DNA of 64,000 nucleotides from Candidatus Omnitrophota bacterium (GTDB lineage Bacteria; Omnitrophota; Omnitrophia; Omnitrophales; JACROU01): NCBI GenBank assembly GCA_029261035.1, contig JAJDCD010000004.1, positions 4,765 to 68,764 of the forward strand, read 5' to 3'. Shown piece by piece: positions 35,601 to 44,100 of this stretch (position 1 is its first letter; each line of letters starts with the position of its first letter). The notes under the pieces were generated by a model. It saw only the letters and a program-made list of their open reading frames with translations, ran no database searches and was not told where the DNA came from. The position numbers and the translations under genes were made by a program.

Positions 35601-37777
35601 TCTAAAACGGTATGTAATGCTTCTCCAATAACAAGAGCATCTTGTTTTTCTAATATGGAATTAGCCCCTAAACTAGAAGCTAAAGAAACTCCTAATTCCA
35701 AAGTTTGACGTGATTCCAGCCGGATTTGCACTTCGGAAGTTTTAGGATCAACCCAAGCGTTAAAGATGTAGAGCTCCCTATTAGCAACAATTGAAAAACG
35801 TCCTTGAACACCCTTCTCTGAAGCTTCAATAGATAGAAAATTGAGGTCAGATATGCTTTGAGGCAATAGTCCCTTTCCTCTTAAAGCAAGAACGCTCGCA
35901 TTCAATTGACTCAATACACTCACTGCTTCTCTGCGGGATACCGATGAAATAAATTGAGGAAAAGAGCGAATCATCGCTCCCAGAACTGCTTCCCCTTGAA
36001 AATTCGGTTTATCAACATCCAAATACGAAGGAGACAAAATACGAGCAACGTCAATGAACTGCATTGCAGGCACTGAAACCGTATTTAAAATATTAGAGGA
36101 AGTACTTGAAACATCTTCTAATTGAAGAAGACGATCTAAAAATGGCGTATTCCCTAAAATTAAATTGAGATAACGATCTCTCGTAAACTTCTGAGTCATT
36201 TGCGGAACAACGACCACATAGCCCATTTGACTCTTTTTCAATTCTTCTTTAATACCTTCCGTATGAAAACCACCCGAAATCAAAACACTTTTCTTAATAT
36301 TGTCTTTCTTCATTTTTGAACTTAAATTAGAAACAAATGCCTTGTCTCTTTCTTTAGCTCCTGAATAAAAAGCCTTCGCCAAGCCAAACACTTTTTCCAC
36401 TTGTTCTAAATCACTTTTATTCTCTATTTCTTTTTTTAAATTTCGTTTAACTTTAAGCGCATTCAATTCAGAGAGCAAGGATTGAGGAGTTAGATTTAAA
36501 CTAGAAAAATTCTCAACGTCGGTTCTTACCGCCTCTAACGAAAGAACTCTTTGCGTTAACTCCGTTTGAAAGAAAAGATCAATCCATTGCCTTTGATCTT
36601 CGTTCGAAACCAAAACATCCATCAATAAACGTTCTACCGTTTCAATTTCATTAAAAAGCTGTGAAGATACCATTTCTTTTTTAGCTATCAAATATTGGGC
36701 AAAACCCATTAATGCTTTTTTGTCAGAAACAGAAAAATTGTTCTTAAGAGCAAAATCAAATAAAAGCTCAAATACAAGGCGAGGGTCTTGATGCAATAAA
36801 GAATCTAGAGAGGGTTGAAATTGATTGTTTTTTTGAAGCGCTTTAAATTCTTTGAGTAAGAGTTGCACTAGGTTCACATTCGAGGCCCTAAACCGATTCA
36901 ACAAAGAAGCTACTTCATCCGATTCTCGTTTAACCTCTTTAAAATCAAGTCGAGCCTCTAATTCTTTAAGAGAAAAAATTCGAACAAAATTTGGATAACT
37001 TTTTTGCTGTTTAGGGTCCGATAGATCTGTTTTTAAAACGTCAAAACTCCATTGCAATAAATCATTCACATACGTGAGTAAATTTATACGTTGATTGTCA
37101 TGTGCTGATTTACGGTCAACAAACTTTTTCAAGTCCCCTACAATAACGCGTCCTTTAACCAAATTGAGATAGCTTTGGACATCTCCTAAAAATTGGTCCG
37201 ATTGGGGTTTTAATTTGAGAACATTTCTAAAATCACGTAAATTTTGGATATACAAATCCCTATCTTCAACACCAAAAGCATTCACTTTCTTCGGCTCAGC
37301 AATAGCCCATGCTTCTGCTCCCGATAGCATCCCTTGCTTTAACAAAGAATCTGCTATTTTTAGATTCCACTCTTGATTGGGATATAAATTTAAAATAGAC
37401 GGATCTATCTTAGAATCCGCAGATTCCAAGCCAACATGTCCGATGTCATGTTTATCTAAAAAGTACTTAAGGAGAGATTTAATATTTTGCTGTGCTTCTA
37501 AATGTGCGTGTGCATCTTGGATATAAATAACTAGAGGGGTATCTTTATCTGCATTCAATGGCAAATAAACATCCTCTACCTTCCCTAACTTCTCTGAAAT
37601 ATTCAGATGATCTAAAGGAAAAGAACGCAAAGACTCCTCTTTAGGCTGAAATAATTCAAGACTTTCTAACGGGGCTGACCAAGCCAAAGTTGTAGTCGTA
37701 AAAAGAACAACAACGCACAGAGCCATTCCTCTCATAAAATTTTGCACAGCATTATTAAATAATGTCATTGGACACAT
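23642..37777 (-). CDS. giant secreted multidomain protein 1 (4711 aa): signal peptide, N-domain shared with giant 2, PGI-like SIS domain, complete PEP synthase/pyruvate phosphate dikinase-like module, coiled coils, C-domain shared with giant 2
   Basis: Uninterrupted 14.1-kb ORF. N-terminal hydrophobic signal (MALCVVVLFTTTTLAWSAP). PpsA-like motifs: RSSAVGEDSEEASFAGMQDT, SLFNNRAIDYR, GGQNSHTMIVASEYGLVAVTG, EGVGLKRLEIDL, TGGNDALQTIYRIDRNTG, KCGYCGNDPSVPG. PGI-like motifs: IKTGIGGQHTP, IPSSKSGSTDETM, NNVGGRWTADL. N-terminal IYIQDAH...GHVGLESAD...GGFHTEG and C-terminal SLFGTSQPQLGVTVRQAS...NNVFTFNDQFVQLM blocks are mirrored in giant 2. Confidence 0.8.
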   Translation of the reverse strand: MCPMTLFNNAVQNFMRGMALCVVVLFTTTTLAWSAPLESLELFQPKEESLRSFPLDHLNISEKLGKVEDVYLPLNADKDTPLVIYIQDAHAHLEAQQNIKSLLKYFLDKHDIGHVGLESADSKIDPSILNLYPNQEWNLKIADSLLKQGMLSGAEAWAIAEPKKVNAFGVEDRDLYIQNLRDFRNVLKLKPQSDQFLGDVQSYLNLVKGRVIVGDLKKFVDRKSAHDNQRINLLTYVNDLLQWSFDVLKTDLSDPKQQKSYPNFVRIFSLKELEARLDFKEVKRESDEVASLLNRFRASNVNLVQLLLKEFKALQKNNQFQPSLDSLLHQDPRLVFELLFDFALKNNFSVSDKKALMGFAQYLIAKKEMVSSQLFNEIETVERLLMDVLVSNEDQRQWIDLFFQTELTQRVLSLEAVRTDVENFSSLNLTPQSLLSELNALKVKRNLKKEIENKSDLEQVEKVFGLAKAFYSGAKERDKAFVSNLSSKMKKDNIKKSVLISGGFHTEGIKEELKKSQMGYVVVVPQMTQKFTRDRYLNLILGNTPFLDRLLQLEDVSSTSSNILNTVSVPAMQFIDVARILSPSYLDVDKPNFQGEAVLGAMIRSFPQFISSVSRREAVSVLSQLNASVLALRGKGLLPQSISDLNFLSIEASEKGVQGRFSIVANRELYIFNAWVDPKTSEVQIRLESRQTLELGVSLASSLGANSILEKQDALVIGEALHTVLDAGGDSGLKKRFTQGGYEQEGYGVPEGAVNDGSHAMGDEGNEGYYVNGGKEIFLGVVKMMREFFANRNKKLSAVDPDKKIRLIIKTGIGGQHTPFEGIATMFGQLKDPSEKESIIVGEYELGKNFEVSIESQLAQLGADWEEVALIPSSKSGSTDETMMVFESIFKVLLKKVAEKKALDGVSFSNLVFNTLNEINVNKEGVEQKKLFTINKDWFLTSSFVELLALKAKDKGLEISQENIKDVLGTVLGNMFFETVDTPEKSRLSAFIRNSGLKEELGENAPGFGAMFNNVGGRWTADLHMMTFLSYYDLDSKRYWEVRKAGIEKVRGGTHIGNRLAHHVLDGGYKDIALVVPDEAFWFGKAIEQNFNESIWQAGFANLVAVRQSDWGAQKKNYFQDDKRLVVTLGNFEVSSADYNVFQIPSEPFENHSLLQAVNQSSLVPERKLRLIRQYTAEKLGEWFTTFYGMTYTAGTRLIARDIRSQGLDPNFVDVSDLDNPITRILQENLYLRQPFVELGKGILKTELEALQEEERGNPGAVKRRYDEVSKKAVIRELLGGVPGYERRVQRIFDDTALSLLLSQAKIFTEKDGRKIIPFIYLEGDRFYSLRDALINMGMEWVMQGTGDQHISYQQVLSQPQKYFPIIISFVPKQPLEANPAIGFAKSYLHGLPSHLVRDAFAEASYKALAELRKDQGGAGLFIRLDDSRANINLLLEGFGEIFSRNKQIEEAGKQEKKALFIPYLDLSIPDDTDSYLVRRRGSSAIQTLQNLKGRLVEKPVLSEVITQLAYMSGPYTVNNHNIADSDKIKGYLEALRTVVIEKKEALKSEIESLPLFDPSALKSVLGKGGLFLIHPKTNGEGDLQLVYVSQNGSASIYADVLNRASAQYEWKGGAQGTLDRFQQQGYRVLISTEDQTVLSLAFDIKDNPEKYKTEASSLGILELTGGLTGITGLSAFNKRLKNKPILLEVVLRLALIYLENKVEKFGDTNNGLTDQVALILKYLSGKEKEFKSEIKKLPVYEEAGIAKEDYPIALLSPKEPMEVDGAVAYSGAVGGVPLFRIGEKVEMDALPSLETNRLLFTSTEWAEIKGYIEIFTEEPGERQSLLAALEGEDASSEASSLGVIENPKTVQYLAERFYLTDKNLFSEPLKESDFEELASRGLDEKDLINQLIQIQAEKRKAEISLSSIPGAPESLVERLKDSPYLEKLVRILAAAYDGTQAVTSARIRDPQADRLLQAQTFLEAKSSKVINELVALDMYDPVRHGIGYITLMTPQLLRDNHFVEVDIKNVQYLDVKASLEDQKRRIKNHKFSFSRWFRPKDGFIPNEAFNIYQWIERKQYRFLFNQEEITEFAKAYAAHRAQQAIDAKKQVGSSLGEKEEVINKVREGLASLEKGEVPVIIGDVSLLVNMLHGKLKDIFPAPGGGVIGTNTSIGTGIYIESIILTLEKEAGDVVLKFEFTKQADKRTREIKLYWNGQNYERRASSLGEKVTDLETIRALADEYDLITENPFSAHASDGDLAWWATQALTEDELIKEFQFRLTIRTLAAETGYRVVGQSGVMTTGDLSWWAEQLRDGHKTEEEIAKEFRYKAAMVISEPSKDMQVLSFEDIREGRVAFDKHQKLIPLAVNFFRLYGGSKEEYKDIRKYGDVLEGVTVAVGKTEDMYYDFDFETKTLLLNQQFVDFLLETGRKKIAMSWLAMIAGHIEQGEELGAGERKVLGILLIGGQQSLTRQHSTRLRDTKEIFDIKENVKLNDTKEVSDRYFLNQNDILLIISDFMHRGRILDAPRLYQMLRNEYGFYATRDFNVEELEVLLDAFHNQHEDKIDRREVITKEDVEDLRKKLADTTEVSLQDIEDKTTTTARYSFKTEYVADPAFKDRIIVWDVEVERQDEVNFGGKTAHTGELMYTPRAVTLANFATGSQGFKQLLEHNTTDVISDSLIQNITQLQNLLKKYKKFTRLSVEQFLDKVENGDEEAIILREELQALRVTFRKLDDKKKKQPLSKMIQEVIGVLSEVILDIQDYYPAKGHKIDGITDYFAFLGKSLDQRVVEIKEKIKSNETEVSIVKSRISELKKDIEILNYINHRPELFLEDVQTVVPLAIDLLRAYRDDNTLYENIRDFFKNRTDKQLFQIKWGETEDELVDHDEATNTFVFNQAFIESVILVNSIKIVGNNLKIARKQSEIEASQKTIQRLEEEAKEYSEQRHDLTQRNSNKFLYTARNLVVPPKVEEEIKKNLMILAERLKISLDKLVLAIRSSAVGEDSEEASFAGMQDTSIFVTATSPEWVQKVNANGVVRMDETGVDNFITEWVFNQASLFNNRAIDYRFLEGLPTFDDSVEISTLFQRMFLSKLSFVAMTADKQTGYPSISSNIHEGQGEKIVSGDESGSKFILSLDGQAVIIRQKGERRYKIVETEDRMGKVELPLTEEEKREFSVTDQRLLGQYAELLSEIDRFYGQGYVDLEGAFRPKEESKGTSIKLVGEDGEILKDERGFDRYDWNVVSTQARPETVISLQDPDVIKLKRVVVTDQAFKKAELEGNVLDFTFIAKTGGTAQGEVAWVLDKTDPAELAKAKGKILATFQSDPDMNRAMLEAKGVIAILGGQNSHTMIVASEYGLVAVTGTSDQLMTVLKEGMQITVDAERGKILLGYDHKVKIAGNDFSVRDIPNTPYGSTRSASIVASPEKSLASYATRNIPSYEGVGLKRLEIDLANIGIYTDALLAYDNMVAQEKGELEEGVASKYILNRKENVKLIQFIEEQIAGYNSGQHFYQSIITQGILATAEPLNPDFVEVAYRYQQIQDKQLRLAVKDIVEQMYEVGLGHSSDPLLTSLKILKEAQDDPNVRVLIEEIIGLLDKHLKIRLDDRKSDEYKAVKGSELFVKEELNAMKGYRGLELLLDSPTMEWQLEAMIRVAMLKRHKIGIFAPIVRRPSDLKQMIERFLKVGENLGISNVELANLVQIGMMTEIPTNAININDFLAVVQSFRDAGIPIRFFTSTGGNDALQTIYRIDRNTGDPSLKNNATAYGPAVIRWNAMVTGQAKIFNESAIKEAKAALKEGDRDKAYLILSSIVKCGYCGNDPSVPGQEEYGKGLAALGYSSVSVVIEAFEKVAKNLAAENISDLGGASTQEKYALFEDAAGFTFNIDSEAQPTVDASLRMDIGDILLNDMKVHPWLLRDLSQDKLNVEKSRETLDEELDTLVIEIDSLDRRINVLREELSTLIKRKEAVSRSESVDQIEEQINEEKRTLAEMTVKKQALVVKRDDAMDDVEKLVLTASAGGVLTSLGLSLEEGMLHYKNVMRSALHKAFTDARSRNLSLVIGTDDAPTSTEVGEDEEGNTLKTGGMRGLIGGLRYEPFEANPDFGVKGIVKSLNRDLEFFKIQLSIIKQLSEEFSDVEFSIALKLVRIYSDIDKVIELLDEAGLSDVKLGLDIQSISNLMELSEILQTERRISFLSIQDVAEVTSEMMTQEVENVNGRIISDEDIQYQTERPIRIAATAAAKKGIPFVIPAEELAKTKFVEASSLGVVSVEKVNLFDTDLYSYGLSYYEDGLFPDFFKLFGSDVNGAAKEQGLHFFVGYSSDGKGKDIVSSVFLIAPTSNKLGLRIVDTLSRGAFKPLMGENFEPSVVMGDKLISFNLPKTMSRSELIEFIEKVARTPWYLLEGTKPVDEKDESVISAESLGVEESILSILNNKLGAVVEYPYGLTLEGVVEATTHAAGKLIRPELSDKQFEYMYKQIFGLENEVIKALRGLEGYLGDNKDSLFASLFGTSQPQLGVTVRQASVTSPQEVVTSLLSNEGNIAVVVLDSPEANVEAFGDALNQLKFSDKDKQALGQRLVLVHVVDDSVKSTIKLITQNSEFKDVSGKSLKLSRLVDALKSSIDLEVSSQNIGKHLVVLAEKSNLEDAAFLNGTQLISVDRSRLSDSQWTTYQLFAGSVAAKLAVAGGYDKLAADIKIALKRGAANNVFTFNDQFVQLMQSLWTEFQGYIRTAQAA

Positions 37778-38029
37778 TCTCCTTTAAAGAATAGTTTGAA
37801 TTTTCTTCGGACACACGAATACTAACAAGATGATTATTTGGAAATAAATAGAAATTGAGATTTAAAAAAAACTCAGAAATTAGATTTAAGAATAGAAATC
37901 GAAACAAGCTTTCAATTCTCCCCTATCACATAGCCTTTATGAAAAAGCTGTATTTTAAGTCATCCCTGAAAAGCAACTGTCACATCCTAATGACAGGAAA
38001 GACTAAAAGCAGTTAACTTTTAGCTAGTA

Positions 38030-38098
38030 CTGTCATCCCCGCGAAAGCGGGGATCCATAAAGCACATAAACTAGATTCCCGTCTACACGGGAATGACA
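38030..38098. repeat. composite hairpin element between the two giant genes
   Basis: tgtcatccccgcgaaagcggggatcc (stem atccccgc/gcggggat) and attcccgtctacacgggaatgaca (stem attcccgt/acgggaat); outer ends tgtcat/atgaca inverted; a similar tcatcccgga-ctcg-atccgggatcc hairpin occurs at 47581-47606. Confidence 0.55.
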
Positions 38099-38106
38099 AA
38101 TTTGTA

Positions 38107-41100
38107 TTATGCAGATTCGCGAATACGTTGATATCCTTGAAATTCGTTCCAAAGCCCTGACATCAACTGCATGAACTGATCACTAAATGTAAATACGTTG
38201 TTACCACGAACTTTCTTCAAAGCTCCTCTAACATCGGTTGGCAACTTATCAAAACCACCCACAACAGCTAGTTTCCCAGCTAATGCCCCTGCAAATAGTT
38301 TATAAGAATCCCATTGCACATCACTTAAAGCTTTACGCTCTACAGAAATAAGTTGTTTTCCTTTTAAACGATCGGCATCCGGAAGCAACTCTTTCTCTGC
38401 CAAGACAACTAAGTGTTGATTCAACCCCTTACTTGGAGCGCTCACATTCAAAGTTTGAGATAAATTATTTACCAGTTTTGTCAGCGTTACCTTGCGCCCT
38501 AAAATGTCTGTGAACTTCGAGGTTAAAATACTTTCTATCGCATCTTGAATACCTTCAACACTAAACTCTCTAGGTTCCACAAAAACAATTCTATCTGAAA
38601 TGGATTGTTTCTCTTCTTCAGGCAAGTCTAAAGCAGCAACTTCTGATGTGAAACGAGAAAGGTCTTGATTTAATTGGTCTAAAACCAACACCGTCAAACT
38701 ACCTTCATTTGCAAGAGCCCCCGTCACAACTTCTGAAGCAGAAGTAATCGATGATTGTCTTACAGTCACACCTAACTGTGGTTTAGAGGTTGCAAATAAT
38801 GAAGACAACAAACCTGCAGGATTATCCTTAAGATAACGAATTAAAACATCTGTGGAATCAACATCATTCTCAGACACTCGATTCAACTCTGCAAGTAACG
38901 CATCCGCACTGTCTTCTGCATATACAGAAGAAGCAAAAGCATTCCCTGCGGCAATCATCTGTTCTGGCGTTAAAAAGTAATCACCTGGTAAATTAGAAAC
39001 ATCCCCAGATGCCAAAGCATCCAGAATAGACTGTTCTCCCAAAAGAATTTGTTGAACACGGTTTATTTTCGCACCACCCAAAGAATTCGCTTCAACACCA
39101 GCCTCAGACTGTGGTGCTGCAATAGGAGTCCAGCTATAACCTTCTCGAGAATCTACTTTAACATTGAAGTACTCGACCCAACGATGCAATTCTGTTTGTG
39201 AAGTACGAACAATACGAACCAAAGGAACAACAAACTCTCGATTATTAATTTCTCTAATTCCTGGTAAATTCAAAGCAGGGTTCGCTGTAACTGGAACAAG
39301 TGTCGCTTCAAAGTTTCCATTAAAATTATGAATAGTATCAAATATCTTTTTAGGTGTTGATGGACTTTTTGACCTTTTGGGTAAAATTTCACCCGCTAAC
39401 TCTCTCTGAAAAGAACCTATCTTACTCGATTCTTGTCTGGAAAAGTTATAAGCAAATTGAGGTTCTATACTTTGAGCATTCTCCAAACCTGCTCGAGACA
39501 TCACCCTAAAAGAACCATAAGAACTTTCACGGCCTGCAAGCGTCATAGCCGTTAAAATTTCAGCAATACCTGATGTACTTAGAAAAATATGAATTCGATC
39601 ATCCGAATTCCCCCAGACGGCTTCTAATGCTGGTTCTAATGTTCCATGCTGTATTTTATCAATTTCAATACCGGATTCCTGTTTAAACTCTTCCAACGCA
39701 TTAATACGTGCGGTTTCATGCTGACGATCACCAACCGAATCAAGGACATGTACTGTAACATTTGAAAGTTGTCCTGGTTGATTGGAGGTTGGGTTATAAA
39801 CAACCCCATTCACACCCGCCCAAAACTTAATTGTTTCTATAGGATCTGCATCTGGATCAATAGGATTCTCCGCCAACTGCTCTAGAATTCTTTGTTTCAT
39901 CTCAGAACTAACACCCTTCTTAAAACTTCCAAAAAAAGCATTTCCATATAACATTGGGAAAGCTCTAGGAGCATTAACTGAATCTTCAGGCTCATCAAAA
40001 ACAATAAATGAAGATATAGCACCAGGCTCATCAACCTCTCCAGATCTAAGCAAAGCACGTTTCTTATCTAAAGGGTTTACAATAATTCTGGCAATATCGT
40101 CTTTACCACTTCCAATCATATGACCAGGGTCCAACTTAGACTGATCTTTTACAGATCCACCCGTTGCAATAGGAAGCACCGAAAGGTCTCTAGACCCCAA
40201 TAAGCCTTTTATTTGATCTGTTGTTGTAGAATCTAAAAGACCTGTTAGCAAATGATCATCCAAAGGTTTCTGTAACGAAACACCTCTAAACCTTTGAACC
40301 ACCGGAACCATAGATGCAGCTGCTACTAAATCTCTAGATAATGAAGCTTTTGATAAAACTTCTGTAGGTATTTCGTTTTGAGAAACTAAATTATCTGCAT
40401 TCAGAACAGAAACCAACTCCTGTGGTGTTGCAGGAATTCCCTTACCATTCACAACAGGTCCTGCAATATACCCATTAATTAAATGCGCCATAACGGTAAG
40501 TTCGTTACGAATTGTATTCATATACTCTGGAGCAGCTCTTCTTTTGACCAAACTATTTCTTACAGTCTCTCCAAAAACAAACCCAACATTATCTTTCATA
40601 GCACCATTAAGATAATCTCTAGCTTCATCATCACTTTTTGCCTGCTCTCTCATAAGGTCAAGCATAGCACGAGTCATATCGGGTAAATCAGAAACACCTT
40701 GCGTCGCTTCTTTATTATAATGTTTAGCTGCAACCAAAGCTTCTGGGTACGATAAGCCCATTACTTCTTGAAAAATACCCATAAGAATCAATTGATAATA
40801 CGCATGATGATCATCCGTTGTCACTACCTTTTCTACAAAACTAAAAGGTATATTAATATTTAAAAACCCTTCATCTGCAATGTATTGAGGCAACATAAAG
40901 TATTGATGGCCCTCTGTTGAAGTAAAAGACATAACATCCTTAATACCCGTAACCTGCAAACTTTTAAAAGACCTTCCTTTATGGTACAGACTTGGGAAAC
41001 CTTGTTTTAAATCTCGTGCTCTTTGTAGAACAGGCACTAAAAATTCATCAACCATTCTTTTTAAATATTTTTTTTGCTCAGATGTAAAAAAAGCAGGTGG

Positions 41101-44100
41101 CTGTTTCTTTAACAAATTAATGAGCGGAATATAAGTCACATTAGGGCTTGCTATAATCGTTTCCTTCCCTACGACTTGATCCTTAATAATTGCTTCAGCA
41201 TCTCCATTATAAGTATGCAAATAAGGCTGACCTGGTAACTTAACCGCACTAACAACCGAAGGACCATAATCCGTATCATCTTCAATAAGTCCACGACTTA
41301 AAAGTGCTGCATACTTCTCAACATCAATCACACGATGGGTATAACCCATTTCGTTGTCATACCATTCTTTAATCTGAATCACAACATAGTCTTTGTCTGG
41401 AGAAACAGTAACAGATGTTCCTGATGGATCAAAGATTGAAGATTCGGATCTATTATGAAGCTGACTCGTATTCTGTATTTCGTCATATCCAAAAATACCT
41501 CTTAAGGCATCCGAATTGGCCCACGAGTAAGCTTGAGCATTTACTTGTTCAACCGTAGGGACATCATTTATATTATTAATACCTATTCTCAAACTGGTCC
41601 AAACTGCAGAACCATCTGGATTAGCTAATCTTCGAGAAGCACCTTCAAACTTCCCTTTAAATAAAGGGTCCGCTTTAACATAAGCCTTGCTCGCCCCTGT
41701 TGTAGAAATAGCCCCTAACATTGTAGGGTCATTAACAAGAGATGGACCTTTTTTAGGAACTCTTGACGCTGAACCTAAGCTCGATTGCGACAATGTATAG
41801 CCATGTTCTGTAATGAAAACAGCATCAAACATTGAAGGAAAACCCTCATCCAACAAATATCCATTCAAGCGGCTCAACCCAGGACCAACACCATTGGTTG
41901 TACAAGAAGCACAAGAAATAGTTTCCACCACCAGAGGAACTTCTTCAGGTATAGCACCATATGCACTTGTTGGAATAATTCGTTGATATTCTTCTTTTGC
42001 CATGTGAGCTCTCTCAATTTCTTCTCGAATATCTTCAACATGATTAATTCCAAACACAATGTTCTTAATACCATCTTTCTTAGCTGGATATGTTTTTATT
42101 ATTCTTTGAACACCTGCAATAGCTAATGAATGATGTAACGGTCTATTAAAACCATCATCTTCTCCAACAGCATCAAATAATACTTCGATGTTAATAGCCT
42201 CCTCATTAGGCCCTTTAAGACCTCTCAACATGGTTACCATATCTCTAATAAATTTAGCAGCAGCATCTTCTTTATTACCCGACCTAGCTAGACGAATATT
42301 AAATATAGGTATTTTATAAACAACTTCGTCTGTTTGCTTATCTTTAAGAACCAAAAAGTCTTTTCCTGGCCCTTCTTTTACAGCTTCAGCAACCCAAGGA
42401 TATGCCTTGTGAACAATGTCCGCTTGCATCTGTTGTACCAACGCAATAACATCAGAAACTCCATTTAGAAAAGCCGGGTAATAGTTAGGGTCTTTATAAA
42501 GCAATCTCAAGATACCTTTTCCTATACGGCCTCTACCCCCCGTTATCCCATAATAAATACGTTCCCCTTCAGGAAGTTGTGCTGGCATATATTTAGTATC
42601 ACTAGAATCTACAACTGGAATCGAATTAGAAGGCACATTATCCTGAGAAGTTGTTTCGATAGGATAATTTGATCGATCATTTACAAGCATATTCATAAAT
42701 GTTTGAACACGACCCAGCTCGTTACTCCAAACAGGTATCAATACCTGCCCCTCTCCTCCAACAATCATATCCTCTATCCCAATAATAGCTAATTCTCTAT
42801 GATCCGATAACATTAAGGACTCTAAAGGCTCTCCTTCTTTTTGTAAACGCACGAAGTTTTCACTACCCGTTCTTTTTAAACCTGCTTGCAATGCAGCAAT
42901 AATTTTTTTCTTTCTCTCTTCAGGGTTTAATTTTAATAATTCAGAATCTGCTTTAAGCTGAATGGTAAAGTCAACAATCGAAGCTCCTTTAAATGGAGCT
43001 GCAAAGTTCATAGAATTCAAGGAAGCTTGGACCAACTCTCCATCATTTGTTTTGTTATATCCAGCCCATTCAGGAAATTCTAGACTTAACGCTGTTCCCA
43101 TACCCGCTCTTAAAGTTTGCAGTTCTCTGTCCATTAATTCTGCTGGTGTCTTCACACTCAAACCTGTGTACGCTGAAATATCTTCATTAAGATCAGATCG
43201 TTGTAATAGTGCTAATACATTTCCTGCAACCTGAGTTCCTAAAGAAGGTACAAAATGCACTTCATCTTCACGAAGTAAAACTTCAGAATTTTGTCCATAT
43301 ATAATAGGTCTTTTTGTTTTAAGGTCTGATAATGGATTATAAGAAATAACCGAACTTAATGATGATTTAGAACGCAAATCTTCTAATCGTTTCAATAAAT
43401 TTTCTTCTGATTCACCCGAGTTACGAGAGTCAGACATGTCAATAAGTGTGTCATAACCATCCACATTATCATTATGAGGTAATTCTGGATTTAATTTAAT
43501 TCTCTTATCATTAATAGACAAATAAAACACACCCTCTTCTTCAATTAATAATAGTTTCCCTGGCAACCTTCCAAATACCGTGTTACTCACAACCAAGTTA
43601 AAAAGTGATTGAGGGTTAGCAACACCAAAAATTTCATTCAAAGAAATGTTTGGATCTCCAATAAGAGCCCATAACATCGAAATTAAGTCTCTGTTGTATA
43701 AGGTGTATGGATTCACATTCGTATTTTTTGGAAAATTTGATGCAACAGATCTAAACTCTTCTACTTGAGGTTCAGATAATTGAGTCACTAACTGAATCTG
43801 ACTTAAATCTTGATAATAGTCAGGGGCACCTACGTTAATAGCCAATTGAATAGGTTGATCAAGCACTTGTTCTCTAGCCACAGCGACACCCAAACTATTT
43901 GCTGAAGCAACACCACTATAAAGAACATTCGCTTCTCCCGTAACTGGGGAAGTTTCTAAAATAATAGAAACCAATCTAGACGCCCCATTACCAGAAACTC
44001 TAAACACAGACTCCGAAACTCTTGAAGAATGGCTTCGAGCTGCTTCCAATTCAATACGATCAAAAGCTGCAAGATTAGCATTTAATTTCAAACGGCTATT

